From the NCBI GenBank assembly GCA_965198225.1, contig CBDAOY010000006.1:960001-1024000 (forward strand): DNA of 64,000 bases. The letters run 5' to 3'. The notes under the pieces are model-generated. The model was not told the origin of the DNA, made no database searches, and was given only the letters and a program-made list of their open reading frames with translations. The position numbers and the translations under genes were made by a program. Source of the stretch: Terriglobia bacterium (GTDB lineage: Bacteria; Acidobacteriota; Terriglobia; 20CM-2-55-15). Below are positions 62,351-64,000 of the stretch, in pieces (positions within the stretch are counted from its first letter, which is position 1; each line of letters opens with the position of its first letter).

Positions 62351-62680
62351 TCAGGGATTTGTGCGGATGGACGGACTTTCGGACGGGGCCATCAGGATGA
62401 CTTCGCCGGGGCGGACGAGTTTCAGTTCCTCGCGGGCCCGGCGTTCGATTTCCAGGGGATCGGTTCGGAGGGTGTGGATCTCGTCGACAAGGTCGGCGTT
62501 TTCGGCTTCCAGTTCCTGGATCTCTTGTTCGAGTTCCGAGAAACGGGCTGCTTTGGCTCGTACTTCCAGGAGACCACGGTCGCTGACCAGGGTCAGAACG
62601 AGAGCGGCAAGCGTCATCAGTCCGAAGACGCCGAGGCCGACTCGAACCATCAATCCCTGACCTATGCTTCGGTTATCCAT
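62351..62680 (-). CDS. ftsB: Septum formation initiator FtsB/DivIC
   Basis: TM helix, coiled coil, IERRAREELKLVRPGE. Confidence 0.85.
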   Translation of the reverse strand: MDNRSIGQGLMVRVGLGVFGLMTLAALVLTLVSDRGLLEVRAKAARFSELEQEIQELEAENADLVDEIHTLRTDPLEIERRAREELKLVRPGEVILMAPSESPSIRTNP

Positions 62681-64000
62681 TGCCTCCCGAACTCGAGCAG
62701 CTGTTCCAACTCGGCGCGGCTCCCGGCCTCGGCATAGTACCGGACCACGGGTTCCGTGCCCGAGGGGCGCATGAGGACCCAGCTGCCATCCTCGAATATC
62801 AGCTTGAGCCCGTCGGTTCGATCCTGCCTTTGAACCGGTCTGCCGTGAAACTCCCGAACGTCGGACGCAATCTTTTCGCCCACCGTCTGGCGGAGGGTCG
62901 GGTCCAACCTGATATTCAGTCGACGATTATACACCTCTCCGGTCCGTTCAAAAAGGGTTGTTAGCTGTTTTTTCAATGACTTCCCGCGATCGGCCACCAT
63001 TTCGGCGACCAGCAGGCAGGCCAGGATTCCGTCCTTCTCGGGAATGTGACCCTGGATCGCGAGACCCGCACTTTCTTCGCCTCCGAGGATGATCCGGCCA
63101 TCCCGGATGTATTCGCCGATGAACTTGAAGCCGACGGGCGTTTCCAGAACCTCTAAGTCGTGTAGCTCAGCGACCTTATCGATCAGGTGCGTCGTCGCTA
63201 CTGTACGCGCCACCGATCCCCTCCAGCCGCGCGTTTCGACCAGGTAGTCCAGCAGCAACGCTATGATCTCATTGGGGTAAATGTAGTCGCCGTTCCGATC
63301 GAGCACGCCGAAACGATCGGCGTCGCCGTCGGTGCCCACGCCGAGGGTCAATCCTTGGTGCAGTACCGCCTGCTTGAGACCGCCGAGATTCGACTCGTCA
63401 GGCTCGGGATGGTTGCCGCCGAAATGGACGTCGCGTTCGGCATGGAGAACGAACGGATGGAGGCCTTCCGATTCCAGCAGGGAGTCCAGATAGCCTGCCC
63501 CGGCTCCGTGGAGCGCATCGTAGCCGAGAGTGATTCCCGATGCACGAACATTAGCGAGATCGACCTTGCTCCGGAGCGCGCCGAAGTACTCGTCGCGAAG
63601 GTCGACCTCCTCGATCAGCTCCGGTGACCCCCGTCCCGAGAACTCCCAACCCGACTCTTGCAGTCGTTCGATCTCGCGCTCGATCGCTCCGGTGACCTCG
63701 GGTAAAGCCGGCGCGCCGTCAGCGCCGGAAAACTTCAGGCCGTTGTACTCACCCGGATTGTGAGAGGCGGTGATGTTGATGGCGCCGTCGAGCTTGCGGT
63801 GGATCGTCGAGAACGAGATGGCCGGCGTGGGGACGGCACGGCGGCAGAGCTGCACTCGAATATCGTTTGCAGCCAGGACGTCGGCAACCTGTCGGGCGAA
63901 GTTTTCCGAACCGAATCGAGTGTCGTATCCTACGAGCAAGGTAGGGGTCGGCGTGTCCCGCTTGACGTGGCGCGCGATGGCCTCGGTTGCAAGCCGGACG
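62662..64000 (-). CDS. Phosphoglucomutase/phosphomannomutase, 5'-partial
   Basis: TASHNP, DGDADR, GGEES, RPSGTEP. Confidence 0.93.
   Translation of the reverse strand, partial: VRLATEAIARHVKRDTPTPTLLVGYDTRFGSENFARQVADVLAANDIRVQLCRRAVPTPAISFSTIHRKLDGAINITASHNPGEYNGLKFSGADGAPALPEVTGAIEREIERLQESGWEFSGRGSPELIEEVDLRDEYFGALRSKVDLANVRASGITLGYDALHGAGAGYLDSLLESEGLHPFVLHAERDVHFGGNHPEPDESNLGGLKQAVLHQGLTLGVGTDGDADRFGVLDRNGDYIYPNEIIALLLDYLVETRGWRGSVARTVATTHLIDKVAELHDLEVLETPVGFKFIGEYIRDGRIILGGEESAGLAIQGHIPEKDGILACLLVAEMVADRGKSLKKQLTTLFERTGEVYNRRLNIRLDPTLRQTVGEKIASDVREFHGRPVQRQDRTDGLKLIFEDGSWVLMRPSGTEPVVRYYAEAGSRAELEQLLEFGRQWITEA

Overview
GC-rich bacterial chromosomal window; the gene families suggest Acidobacteriota (inference). 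It has three parts. (1) 1-41.2 kb is a signalling/accessory region with seven Hanks-type Ser/Thr kinase genes: five kinase-TM-beta-propeller receptors, one kinase-TM-TolB-N-TPR and one ATPase-kinase. They sit in repeated, translationally coupled operons with shared promoters and orphan junction remnants. Between them lie SnoaL/DUF4440 lipoproteins, frc, an amidase, a volactin-like actin, TA-like pairs, GTAG-REP doublets, a MITE, IS256 and IS4. (2) About 41.5-62.1 kb is a 20.5 kb element integrated at tRNA-fMet, with 90-bp direct repeats, a tyrosine integrase, an excisionase and a P4/D5-type helicase but no recognisable virion or conjugation genes. It carries an integrase-less integron cassette array (5 attC; HEPN, PGBD-TIR and LamG cassettes). 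One attC holds a group II intron that itself contains a nested ORF-less group II intron, and an IS21 closes the array. (3) The core genes ftsB and a phosphohexomutase lie at the right edge. Several local duplications and frameshifts look like assembly artefacts. All family calls come from motif recognition by eye; no searches were run.
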